Shown here: positions 1-10,445 of the stretch, piece by piece
Position numbering within the stretch: the first letter of the stretch is position 1
Layout: each line of letters begins with the position of its first letter
Assembly: GCA_965649825.1 (NCBI GenBank)
Contig: OZ287694.1
Location: 991,197-1,055,196 of the forward strand
DNA: 64,000 nucleotides
Source of the DNA: Penicillus capitatus
Taxonomy: Eukaryota > Plantae > Chlorophyta
Direction: 5' to 3'
Notes under the pieces: model-generated
What the model saw: the letters and a program-made list of their open reading frames with translations, nothing else
The model's database searches: none
Told to the model about the DNA's origin: nothing
Translations under genes and position numbers: made by a program

Positions 1-444
1 GAACTGTTCGGTTTGTTAAATGTCGCCGGTATGTCTGCTATAGAAACGGCCGAAGGCGTTGCGATTGGCATTCCGTTTTCACTTAACTGGACAAATGTGG
101 TGTCAGCCATGGACGTTGATGCGAAAACAGTGTCGTCTTCGTCGGACCAATCCGTACATAGACGAACAGTTGCCCTTTCAAATGCGGGCTTTGTTATGGA
201 GCTCGCAACCGACAGCATCTGTTCGTTCTCATCGGACCTCATTTCGGATGGCAATCTTTGTTATGATTCGCATACACCTTATCATGGAGTGGTCGCAGTT
301 CCGGATGTCCTCGTAACGAGAGGTGAAGCTCTCTATGACCTTCCCATAATAGACCATTCTAAGAAACACGCATGGTTCACTAGGCGGTACGCATCGTATG
401 AGGACGAAATCCATGGACCATGGACGCGAGTCATGGGGCAGTAG
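1..444 (+). CDS. Hypothetical protein, probably the 3' end of a gene starting before the window
   Basis: Frame open from base 1 to TAG at 442-444 with protein-like composition; no family recognised. Confidence 0.4.
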   Translation, partial: ELFGLLNVAGMSAIETAEGVAIGIPFSLNWTNVVSAMDVDAKTVSSSSDQSVHRRTVALSNAGFVMELATDSICSFSSDLISDGNLCYDSHTPYHGVVAVPDVLVTRGEALYDLPIIDHSKKHAWFTRRYASYEDEIHGPWTRVMGQ

Positions 445-796
445 TGTCTATTGTGACCCGCCTTACGACGACCAATGCAGTCCTATGAGTGAGAGCACCC
501 TTCGTCGTGTGCGTTCTTCTCGAAGATGGAATCAATCTGTGGCGCGGTCATCCTCTCGCTTGTTCGATGTCCTCGAATGCGACGCTCTTGAAGAAAGTGT
601 AGATGATAAGCTTCGGACGAGTCGTCTGTCCAGTAAGAGATCCAGCAGCGTACGGGAAAGAAATTCTGGATTGTCGTCAAGAAGCGGAATCCCAATTCAG
701 GGCATCGCCGATAGCTTTGTTTTTAGCGCAGAAGGAAGGCCCGTATCTCAAAGCATGACAAGCACTCCGACATCGAAATCGACGTAAACCTTGTCG

Positions 797-3037
797 CTAT
801 CTAATGCGTTCGTCCTTATCGGACGCGTGTGTGATGATCAGGATGCAATCGCAAGATCTTTGGCAATATCGCGATATGAAGGATATCCGTCCGTACCGAT
901 CGATGACAAGGCATCGAAATTGGAGATCGTCTTTGACAAAGGTTTTCCGTTGTTGCTGCGTGCGGCCACCCAACGTAAAACAATGATCAGCTAAGCTGTG
1001 CTCGTCCATTAACGCATAGATGTGGTTGAGGATCTATCAATAAAGGGAGATGTCTTTTCCAACAGTACTTGTTTTGCTGAGCTTTTCGAATAATCCTGCC
1101 GGCGATGAAGTGGTTTCCAACGTGTGTTCTGCCATCCAAGGTATGATTCGCCTTATATACGAATGGTTTTTGCAATACACACAGACAACAGACTCGATAT
1201 TGAATCATGGCGTCGACACAATACGTCGTTTTGCCAATTTGTGTTCATCGCTTTCAGATTGCTTTGTTCTTTTCCTCTTTGAATGTCATTGTCATGTCAT
1301 TGTACATTTTATGGCCAACCAAGATATATCATGCGATTCATTTACATTGTGGAAACAACTCAATCCCTCGTACTGGTCGTGATTTTCAAGCTGTTGTTGA
1401 CCTTTGTTTCAGGGGGATGCCTCTCAATTACATTAAGTATAAACAACATACCATCCCGCCAAATAGCTGCCAGTTTAGTTGAATCGGCAGCAACGCACAT
1501 AAGACTGAGTCGCCCGTCGACTCTCAAAAAACCCAGTAGCAATGATCAGCAGTGATCTATGTGTCCACTTCTACGACTGAACGCGACAACCAGAGATCCG
1601 ACAACGTTGGCGTGTGCCAGAATGAAATCTGCGTGTCTCGAGTCGTGCTTGCCAACGAGCAGTGAGAAGTTGAATGATCTGTACGTTGGAAATGAAAGGT
1701 AGTGCGCAGGAGCCACGAGACCCGCCAACGCAATGTCGTGCTTTCTAGCCATCAGCCGTGGCAGCACGAGAGGCGGAATGGGAATTGCAACACAACAGAC
1801 AGCGAACAAACGACGGTGTGCGTCTTCCATTGCGCCCGGCATCGCGCATAGGCTTTGTCTCGTCGATCGTCGGCAACGGCGCTTGGTTCATTTGATTGAT
1901 CAGCAGAAATGTCGAAGAGTGTGTTCGTCGAGATCGGCAACAACACCGAAACGGGCTTGCTCTTCTAAAGATACCTAACAACAAACAACACTGTTGCCTC
2001 GATGTACCGACGACAAAGCGTCGAGGCGCACTCAGCATCATCGGTCGCTCTTTGTGGGATGAAGAAGGTGAGTGCGTTGACTTGGAACTCAACGTTAACG
2101 ATCTGGGATTCTTGTCGACAGAGAAACCGTCCGGCTCTCTGAGTTCGTGGATATCCACGCTGTGCTGTTCTTGGCGGGTACTGACAGACGTTCGTTTTCG
2201 CTCATGCATATGTCTGCTCGCTTCTCTTAATGTCATCATCATTGTGGAATTCGCGTTATCCGGGACGGAAGATCCAGATCTGGCCCGCTTGAGAGGGGGT
2301 GTCGACTGCTTCCGGATACCCAGGAATCCATCATCCATGGAGAACTGTATCGGTGCCTTGACAGTTCCATCGATGATGGTCTGAAACATGAATTGGTTTT
2401 CTCTGTGCATTCGCTCGAGGTCATTTCGAGGATAGCGATTCCCTGCACAGAAACAGGAAACTGCTCTTTTTCGAATCGCAGTGACGACCATGTAATGCTT
2501 ACGCGCAAAATCGAAGGGCCTGCTCATGGCGTCTTTTCTCTGATGAGGGTTTCTCTAATCGCTTTCGATTTCTATCCAGTGAGATGTCATACACGCGTCA
2601 GTTGCGTCAACGCGTTTCCAAAACGTCAACGCTGTTGTTGCTGACAAGTCAAACGTGATATTCTGATGCGCCTCGTCGATTCGACGTTTCTTCGTACTCC
2701 CGAGCTCAGGCAAATAGTACTCGGGACGGATAACGCGAACTGCACTGCAAACCGTCTTTTTCGTCCTGCAAAACTCTTCCTCTGAGAGATTGGCTCGGGC
2801 ACAACTCTTTTGACAACTCGAGGCAGAATTGTTCAAACAAGAGGTATTGTATCTTATGATTCAGTCCGTGTACGCAATTACACGGTACCGGTACTTCTGC
2901 AATGTTTCGCGTACGTGTTGTGAAGAATCCATGACTCGGATTGGAATCGCACACAAACCTGTTGATTCTGGCCAGATGACCTTCAGAAGAAGGGGCTTAT
3001 CGTTCGTCACGTTTGCTGATGAAAAATCTGTCTGCAT
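797..3037 (-). CDS. Multi-exon hypothetical protein; 3' end uncertain
   Basis: ATG at 3037; ORF segments (KPLLLKVIWPEST, VPVPCNCVHGLNHKIQYLLFEQF, TKKTVCSAVRVIRPEYYLPEL, RKDAMSRPFDFARKHY) join in frame across ~50-60 nt GT-AG introns; downstream exons (1546-1842, 1360-1542, 797-1208) only tentatively linked. Confidence 0.45.
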
Positions 3038-3171
3038 CGGGGTCGTTACAGTAATCGATTCGGGGCGCCTTGGGCGGCTGATCACGTACGCTGTAAAGGT
3101 CACATCAATGCCTCTTCATACACGACATCTCGTGACTACCACCTGGACGCATACATTCAACACGTACTGCA

Positions 3172-3943
3172 ATGTGGCGCCTTCTGCTTTCACTACTCAT
3201 CTTCTCCGTCACGGTTCTCGGCCAGACGGAGTTGGAAGAAGACATCTACGAATACGCAGAAGATGAGGTCGAAGAACGGGCGTTTCTCGTTATTCGGAAG
3301 AAGTTTCTCGAATCCGAAGTTCCAGACGGGTCAAACATGACTCTCGTCCTCACCGTATTCAATGCAGGAACGCGGTCTGTACCGTCCAACCATTTCGTAT
3401 TGAACTTCACGCACCGGCTGTTTAACACAGAGCGGCAGGAAAGATTGTGATAAAAGATGCTGCATGGCCTGAGAATGTCGAGATCCTTTCGGATGAGACG
3501 ACAGCTGTCCCGGTGGAGAGACTGAATCCAGGTCTGACCATATCTCTCCGCACCATTCTGCGTCCATTGGCTACGGGTCACATGGTTCTGCAACCGACGA
3601 CTGTGACCTATGCTCCAACACTGGAAGCATCCGAACAGCAAGTCGTGTATTCAACGCTTGCAGAAATCATGGTGTTGACAACCAATGAATATCTGGTGTC
3701 CAAGATCTTGCTCATGGTTCGATGCACGGTGACACATCTCCTGAAAACAATTGGATGATCATCTAGGGCTCATACGTGTCACTGGGATTGCTGAAAACCA
3801 AGACGGAATGGAATCGTTTTGGAATGTTTGCTGGCGCTGTTGCATTGCTGTTCGTCCTACAATACGTGTGGCAGAAGCTATCGTTGGCACGTCAGGAAAG
3901 AGTGAGAACAAAAGCGAGAGAGATGCTAGAGAAGAGTGAATAG
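3172..3943 (+). CDS. SSR2: Translocon-associated protein subunit beta (3 exons)
   Basis: Signal peptide, AFLVIRKKF...MTLVLTVFNAGT..I.D..W motif, C-terminal TM; introns ~3375-3430 and ~3718-3770 restore frame to TAG 3941-3943. Confidence 0.85.
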
Positions 3944-4023
3944 AGATTTGACAGAACAAATAACTGTCTTCGAATCTCTGCTACTGTCGGATGCTTCTGA
4001 ATCAACGTCAAGGCTCTCTGCTG

Positions 4024-5442
4024 CTATAATGGCTCCAGTACTGTGTCTCTCTGTCGACATCGCTCCTCGTATTGTGTCCGATTCGAAAGAATCTTCACCA
4101 TTGCTGATATCGATTCTTCATAGCTTAAACATTCAATCACGCTCTCCACTTCTTCTGGATCGCGAAGTAGGATCTCAGGATGTTTCTTCATGATGCTTAG
4201 AACATCAGGTCGCTTCGCCTCCACGCCATTCATAATGCTCCGCATGATTTGCGTGACATCTTCAATGTCAACTGTGCTGCCAAAGAGCAGAGGGCAGGTA
4301 ATGAAAAGATGATCCAGGATCGCATCGTTGTGGTAGATTAAGTCACGGATCTGTTCGATTCTCTTGACGAGGTGTGGTATACTCAGGCCAAACAGAGAAG
4401 GACATGTCATGAAGTCCAGGCTTTCACTTTTAACGATTTTCAGATTCTTCCTCTTTCCTTCGGTGATGTTCATCTTCAAACAGAAGAATTCGATCTTGCG
4501 TTTAATATTGTTCTCGATTTCGCAAGAGAAGATCTGAGGAAAGTGTGGTAGATACGTGGTAAATTTCTTGACATCGACCTCCAAGACGTCGAGAAAGAAC
4601 TCGATCTTTTCTTTGATGTGTGTCTCCAACGACATGTCGAGGAAAGCAGGGAAAGATAGAATTGCATGTTTCATATCCATGTCCGGCAGTCGAGATAAGA
4701 GGTAGTCTATCTTGGGCTGAATCGATTTCTCGATGCTGAGACAGAGGATGGATGGATATGCCTCGATGATACAGTAGAGTTCGATCGCATCACACCCGAG
4801 ATTCTGTAAGAAAGCAATGTTTCGGCGAATCTCCTCCAAATCGTATGTTAAGACGACAGGAGACTGGGAGATAAGATCGATGACCCATATACGACTGTTA
4901 AGCGTCTCTGTTAGGAAGTCCAGAATCGACTGTACATCCGAAGGCAGGTCGAGCCCGAAAACTTCTGGATGCGCGACTAGCATCTCAAAAACCGCTGTCT
5001 TCTTCATCCCGGCCTCTCTGAAGCAGTTTGTTTGAGCAAGAAGTCGAGTGGCGCCGATTTGCAGAATCTCTGGATAGCGATGTATGCAGGCGACGATTTT
5101 TTCCTCCGGAATTTGCGCTTCCAGTAAGAAAGACACCAACTCGGCGATGCATTTTTGATCGACAGGCGGCACACAAAACGAGACAGGATGGATGGAGGCG
5201 ACGACTTTGGAAAGTGCACTGTCCAGGGGGTCGAATTGCGCACAAGACTGTCCTTGACCTTCCGTAATGGAACCCCGTTGTGCCTTCGGCTTAAGAAATA
5301 CGGCACGTTCTGGAACGAGTTCGAACTCTGACGGAGTAGGCGTCTCCGTTTGTGGCTCGGAATCGGATGTCGCCGGGACAGAAAGGGAAGTGATCGATCG
5401 AAAGGCGCTACGAACGATCGCACGAGATGTTGACAACTTCAT
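4024..5442 (-). CDS. Organelle-targeted mTERF family protein, apparently intronless
   Basis: Repeated mTERF motifs (HRYPEILQI, AHPEVFGL, EAYPSILCLSIEKSIQPKIDYL, HFPQIFSCEIENNIKRKIEFF); first true ATG at 5442 followed by an S/R/T-rich targeting-like N-terminus. Confidence 0.88.
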   Translation of the reverse strand: MKLSTSRAIVRSAFRSITSLSVPATSDSEPQTETPTPSEFELVPERAVFLKPKAQRGSITEGQGQSCAQFDPLDSALSKVVASIHPVSFCVPPVDQKCIAELVSFLLEAQIPEEKIVACIHRYPEILQIGATRLLAQTNCFREAGMKKTAVFEMLVAHPEVFGLDLPSDVQSILDFLTETLNSRIWVIDLISQSPVVLTYDLEEIRRNIAFLQNLGCDAIELYCIIEAYPSILCLSIEKSIQPKIDYLLSRLPDMDMKHAILSFPAFLDMSLETHIKEKIEFFLDVLEVDVKKFTTYLPHFPQIFSCEIENNIKRKIEFFCLKMNITEGKRKNLKIVKSESLDFMTCPSLFGLSIPHLVKRIEQIRDLIYHNDAILDHLFITCPLLFGSTVDIEDVTQIMRSIMNGVEAKRPDVLSIMKKHPEILLRDPEEVESVIECLSYEESISAMVKILSNRTQYEERCRQRDTVLEPL

Positions 5443-5512
5443 GACAGCGCGAGTGGCGAAGATGAATTCACCGTCGTTGCAAGAACTTAAACGTAAGAAC
5501 AAGATCCGGATA

Positions 5513-6070
5513 CTATCTCCGTGAGAACAGTGCTGCCGCCACTGCGCCAAATCCCGCAACAGCCACGACGCTGATGCCGACACCTAGACCGATCAGTCCT
5601 TCACGAATCAGTCCTTCCTCAACTAAACCCTTCAGCTCAGTAGCTTGACGAAAATTCGGCCATCGCTATGATGAAAAAACACTGTTCGCAGAATCGGCAG
5701 TCATTTTCAGTCCGCACTTCAAGAATGCCGTTGATCCGAGAGCGTGCTGAGAGGTAATGACCCATTCTGTACAGTCCAACTGCAATGACACATGTTCTGT
5801 TTTTACCGAAGGGTGTTAGAGAAGACTGGTGATACCTGCGATGTAGTACTCAGGCTCACGTGGTTCTGTTTCTTCCAGCCGGAGGAGCTGTTCGGCAAGG
5901 TCAACTCCGAGCTGTATCTTTGTCTTGTCTTTGGCGTGGACGAGGGACCAGGCTAGACGATGCTGTGCTTCGCGCACTTGGTCGACTGCTTCCTGTCGAA
6001 CCGCGTTGGAGTACTCCACTTGAGCCTGCGCGACCATTTCATTGTCTACCTCTGGAAGCTCGTAACGCAT
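5513..6070 (-). CDS. FIS1: Mitochondrial/peroxisomal fission protein FIS1 (3 exons)
   Basis: LAWSLVH...IQLGVDL..LL...REPEYYIAVGLYRMGHYLSAR TPR pattern; last exon RWPNFRQATELKGLVEEGLIREGLIGLGVGI... tail-anchor TM, RR-TAG. Confidence 0.9.
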
Positions 6071-7926
6071 GAGGATTGAACAAAATGCGCAAAAGAAATG
6101 ACTTAAATGCACACGAAAGAACAAGCTGATGTCGCGATCAAATCGGACAACGAAATCACTTTTGCTCTCATTGCGCTGATAAGCATATGTGCCGATGTCG
6201 ACAGGAATGAATAGTGCCAGTTTGATGATGAGCCATGATCGTGTTCTTCGGCAGCGAAACCCCTAGTCTAGTTTTTGTCGAATCTCGAATCGATCGATAG
6301 CAAACGATGGGCATCGTCGAACGCCGATAATAGGCTTCGAATCTTCTGATCGCTATCGCTGGATTTTGATTTGATCGATCGTCAATAATCGGTTTCGATC
6401 TCGTCGACTGCTATGGATTAATGTTGATAGTACTATGCGATAAGCCAACTTTGTTCGATGAAGCTGAGTGTCCGATTAAACCGATTGATCGCAAAGAGAG
6501 TTCTACGGGTCTTTCTTTGTCGGTCAAAGAATGGAACTGCTATGGCAACTGTAAATCTCAAGGTAACAATACCTTGGAGATCGATTTGCGACTTACGATC
6601 GGATCGAATGGCGTCCGCCGATCATCGATCATTTCCATGTCGTCATTTATGATTCGAAGGATTTCAATCGATCCTTCCGCAACTTCTAGACATATGAAAC
6701 AACGAACAGCAAGCACGCTATAATACCGCCGAACTCGTAGATTGTTTCTGTTGTCATCCGACAAGGCGATCGAGCAAGATCTTCAGCCCGCATAAGTAGC
6801 TAGTCAGGCTGGATAGTGAGCACGTTTCGATAAACATGTGAGGAATAGATAATAATGAAAGAGCATCTCCAAACGTGCGACTGAGTATTTGAAAGTTTTT
6901 GTTCTCCGGCGTGTGCGTTCGGTAGCGTTCACAAATACACACGATTGCCAATATATAATCGAATCAATCTACGATGTTCTTCGCGTTCGATCTCGTCGGC
7001 CGGCAGGCACTACTAATATCATGAATTTGGCGCACAGATGTTAAAAAGTTTGTTTCTTGTCGATCCTCTGTCGATGACAGACTTCACAACCTCAAAGCAG
7101 GTTCTACAATGAAAGTTTTGGTTGTCTATATTCTCCCTCCCATGCATTTTCACCTCTAGATCATCTTGGAGTGACGACAGAGCAATACTGCAACTAATAC
7201 TACCCACATCGAGATATGTCTCTTTAATCGTCAACTACAGAGCTCTTGTTGGTAATTAGCAGACGAGTAAAGTAATACCGAGATCATTTAAGGCTTCCAA
7301 GTGACTGCGATTTTCATCCGATTTCGTCGCAAAGTAAACTGCCTTTTGCCAATCGATAAGCGTCGAATAACAAAGCAGGAGAAACGTCGACGTATGGACA
7401 AAAGAGTTCCATTCGATCAAAACAGTGAGCGCCGCTGACGCGAACGAAAAAGCATCGATAACCGAACTGTGACAGCCATCGGCAATACTTGTTCGTCGAT
7501 GATGCGGCTGGATCTCTCCTTAGAAAAAGTACAGTATTCGTTGTCGGCTTGTTGAAGATTGTCAGGGGTAAAACCCTAAGGGTTGTGACTGTACGGCAAA
7601 GCCACCTTGTCGTCAGGCGTCTGTCAACATGCAAAGAGAACAGTCATTGAATTCACATCAATGCTTCGCAGAGCCGGAGATACTACGGATGACTCAAAGA
7701 ACCACCGCTGCTTAAAGGGAACCTTTCGTTGTAAAAACGCACTTACTAAAGAAGTTTGTTTCAGTTCGAACGGTACTTTTGCAACACGATTAGAGGCCCC
7801 ATCGAAGCGCGACGGACGACTGTTGGAGATCGATCGGTGTATTTTTGACAAATCGACAGTTGTGCTTGTTGTATAGAAAGATCTCGTGTTGGTGACTTGA
7901 CTGATCGATGTATATAAACTTAGTCT

Positions 7927-7988
7927 TCGATTATCTTACGGCCATCGATCGACTTCTATCGATTATCTTACGGCCATCGATCGACTTC
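7927..7988. repeat. Two tandem copies of a 30-nt sequence (period 32)
   Basis: tcgattatcttacggccatcgatcgacttc at 7927 and 7959. Confidence 0.9.
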
Positions 7989-8169
7989 GATGATTGCATT
8001 ATCGATTGAAGCGATTGCTCGATTGTCAAATCGTCCAGTGTGTTTCGTTGTCGCGCGATTCGATGGTGTCACTCGGGCCTAGTTGCATGATACAATGTTC
8101 AATATGATGAATATCTATCTTTTCTTCCCTGGCACGCAGAAGCTCGCTACCACTCGTGCACTTTACAGG

Positions 8170-10324
8170 TCATCTAGGATCGTAGTCCATATCATAGTTT
8201 ATGCGTTTAAATGTGGTGGATGGCAGATAATGAACACGCCGTGGCATGGATTGGGCCGTCGACACGTTTGTCTGTGTCATTGCGGGTTTTGGATGCCAGT
8301 GTTGAGTTGTGGATTCACGTCGGAAATAGCTGTTTTCCGTCTGAATTCCTTTGATCTTTTCATTTCTTTTGCGAATTACACACAGAGCCCTGAACCACAT
8401 GTAAGCATGAAGTCAAGCATGCTTTGTGAACCATCACCTTTTCCGGACGTTCCATAGATTCCAATCGTACTTCGCGTTTATGCAGCGATCAATGAAGTGT
8501 ACGGGTGTTTGAGATTCGGCGTCACACATACGACATTCCTCAGATAGCTGTTGGACGATGGCGTCAACGTCAAATTGATTTTCTAGTCTACTGCCAAATC
8601 TCAATACGCAAGCAAACATAGGCTCTTGTTCCAACAGCATCTCTGCGGCCTGCTACATAGCAATGCTCTCGCGCTGATAGAATGCTGATGCGGAACTAAA
8701 AGATGGGCGTCTGGATCGTTGTCGAATGCACATTTGCATTCCGTACTGCAGAATCTGAGAAAGTATTCGCCGTTCGTTCGTCGATCGAACTCCTTCGAAG
8801 CGAGCGTCAATCGACCGTTTTCGCTGGTGAATGTTACGAAGCAGAAATTTTCCTCTTCGCATCGTCGGCTACTCGTCCACGTCGCATCGCGATCTGCGTC
8901 TGCTCGTTTCGTGCCATTCATTTGTGGACGACAGTCCTAAACGCTTTCAACTGCGCGGCACTGAAGAAGATCGCGACATGTACTCACCTCAAGCCAAGAT
9001 TGTCTTCTTGTCAAGATAGACAATGAATTCAGCGATGCTGTTATTTTTTCGAATGTCTCCTGCAATCTAATCAGTTGTGTATTCAGATCGCCAAGCCGTT
9101 CAAATGCACGAGCGACATCCACTCTTGCAACGTACTCCTCGTTTTCCATCAATTGATCGAGCTTTTCGAGAGCTCTTTTCTTCGATTCGTCAATTTGAAA
9201 TTTTGATTCCTGCAGATCCGTCTGTGAGAGTCCCGACAGCAAATGGTCACTTATACCAGCATTCGCCGGAGCTGTTGGCAATGGCTTGCGTATTGCAAGT
9301 AACAGGACCAGGCGGCGATCATCTTCAGACAGGCGAATTCTTTCTCAGATGTCCGATCGCTGCGGCCGTAAACTTCACTCCAATACTCGCCGCATTGTCG
9401 CCATCGATCCGTTCCCCGCTCTCCGCACTCGGCCATTTCAGCAAGACACTTCGCGGAAAAGGGCGATTCGTCTTCGTCTCTCGCCTGCGAGTATTGTAGC
9501 ATCCCAAGAGTCGTGTGCACCATCGTCTGATCTCAAGAAAAAGAGTCTGGATGTGAATGCAGCAGATGCACAACCATGAGTCGATTTCGTTTGTGTTCTC
9601 TGTCCAGAAGCAAGTAGGCTGTCCAGGAAGAAGCTGCATACGTTTCGTCTAACAGTGCAACGTAGGCGTCCACAATGTCTGGACGCAAAACGACCATCAA
9701 CCTCGCAACCTGTCAACCCAACATATGAACCGCGAGCAGTAAGGGACTAAACCTTTTGTTTCAGCTGGGAAAAATCTTTCTCTTCTGTTAAACTCATGTC
9801 CAGAATCTCTGCCATGGCGATCCCAACGCCGTTCTCTCAATTTCTGGCGTCTTACCGTCTTCTAGTGACGATCGGCTCTTCCGAAATCGTTCGTTCTCGG
9901 CCACGAGACTGTTTTTCTGCGCCTTTTTGATCTTAGCCAGTTCCATCTGCAATCGGCGATCCGATCGACGCACATGGCGACGAGATAGAACTAGCAATTG
10001 CCTGGAGACTCAATGCCGATAACAGCTCCTGAGATGCAGATTCGAAACGTTCTCTGATCGCTTGCAGCGTAGGATCCATCAGATCTGTGCGTCCGCCCGC
10101 GTCCCGCAGAACCGTTTTCAGCGCCTTCGTCTCAACGTCATCATCATTATTGCGGAGCAGCCAGCGCTGGATCCAAATTCCGATCAGGACGACATCCATC
10201 TGCCTCGATTCATGTCTCCACACCACGACGATCGACACATGCGAGCGACCTGCGTTTCTCCATGGTATTTCTTCAGCCCCGATGCGATCGGCAGCAGGCT
10301 ATCGGTGACAGTGACAGGATGCAT
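8170..10324 (-). CDS. Multi-exon hypothetical protein with coiled-coil segments
   Basis: ATG 10324 (MHPVTVTDSLLPIASGLKKYHGETQ) spliced to MDVVLIGIWIQRWLL; further exons join across short introns (strong GTGAGT...TTTAG intron ending at ~8937); coiled-coil exon ESKKRALEKLDQLMENEE; no family recognised. Confidence 0.65.
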
Positions 10325-10445
10325 AATGATATTGACGGCACCCGTCATCCGGACTACGTTTCATGACCGGTTTCTGAATCTTTGCGTACACAGCGTCCGT
10401 TTGTGTACATTTTGCGTTTCTTCGTCTTCTTGTCGTTCGAAGCTA

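Noticed and set aside
5443-5583. N-terminal extension of mTERF in the ORF track
   Set aside because: It starts at GTG and overlaps the last FIS1 exon in another frame; the first ATG is at 5442
6500-6600. SSRP1-like motif (LSVKEWNCYGNCKSQGN)
   Set aside because: Similarity is too short, with no flanking SSRP1 sequence
7570-7583. Telomere-like or telo-box aaaaccctaagggtt (also aaacccta at ~17016)
   Set aside because: Single short occurrences are expected by chance; no tandem telomeric array
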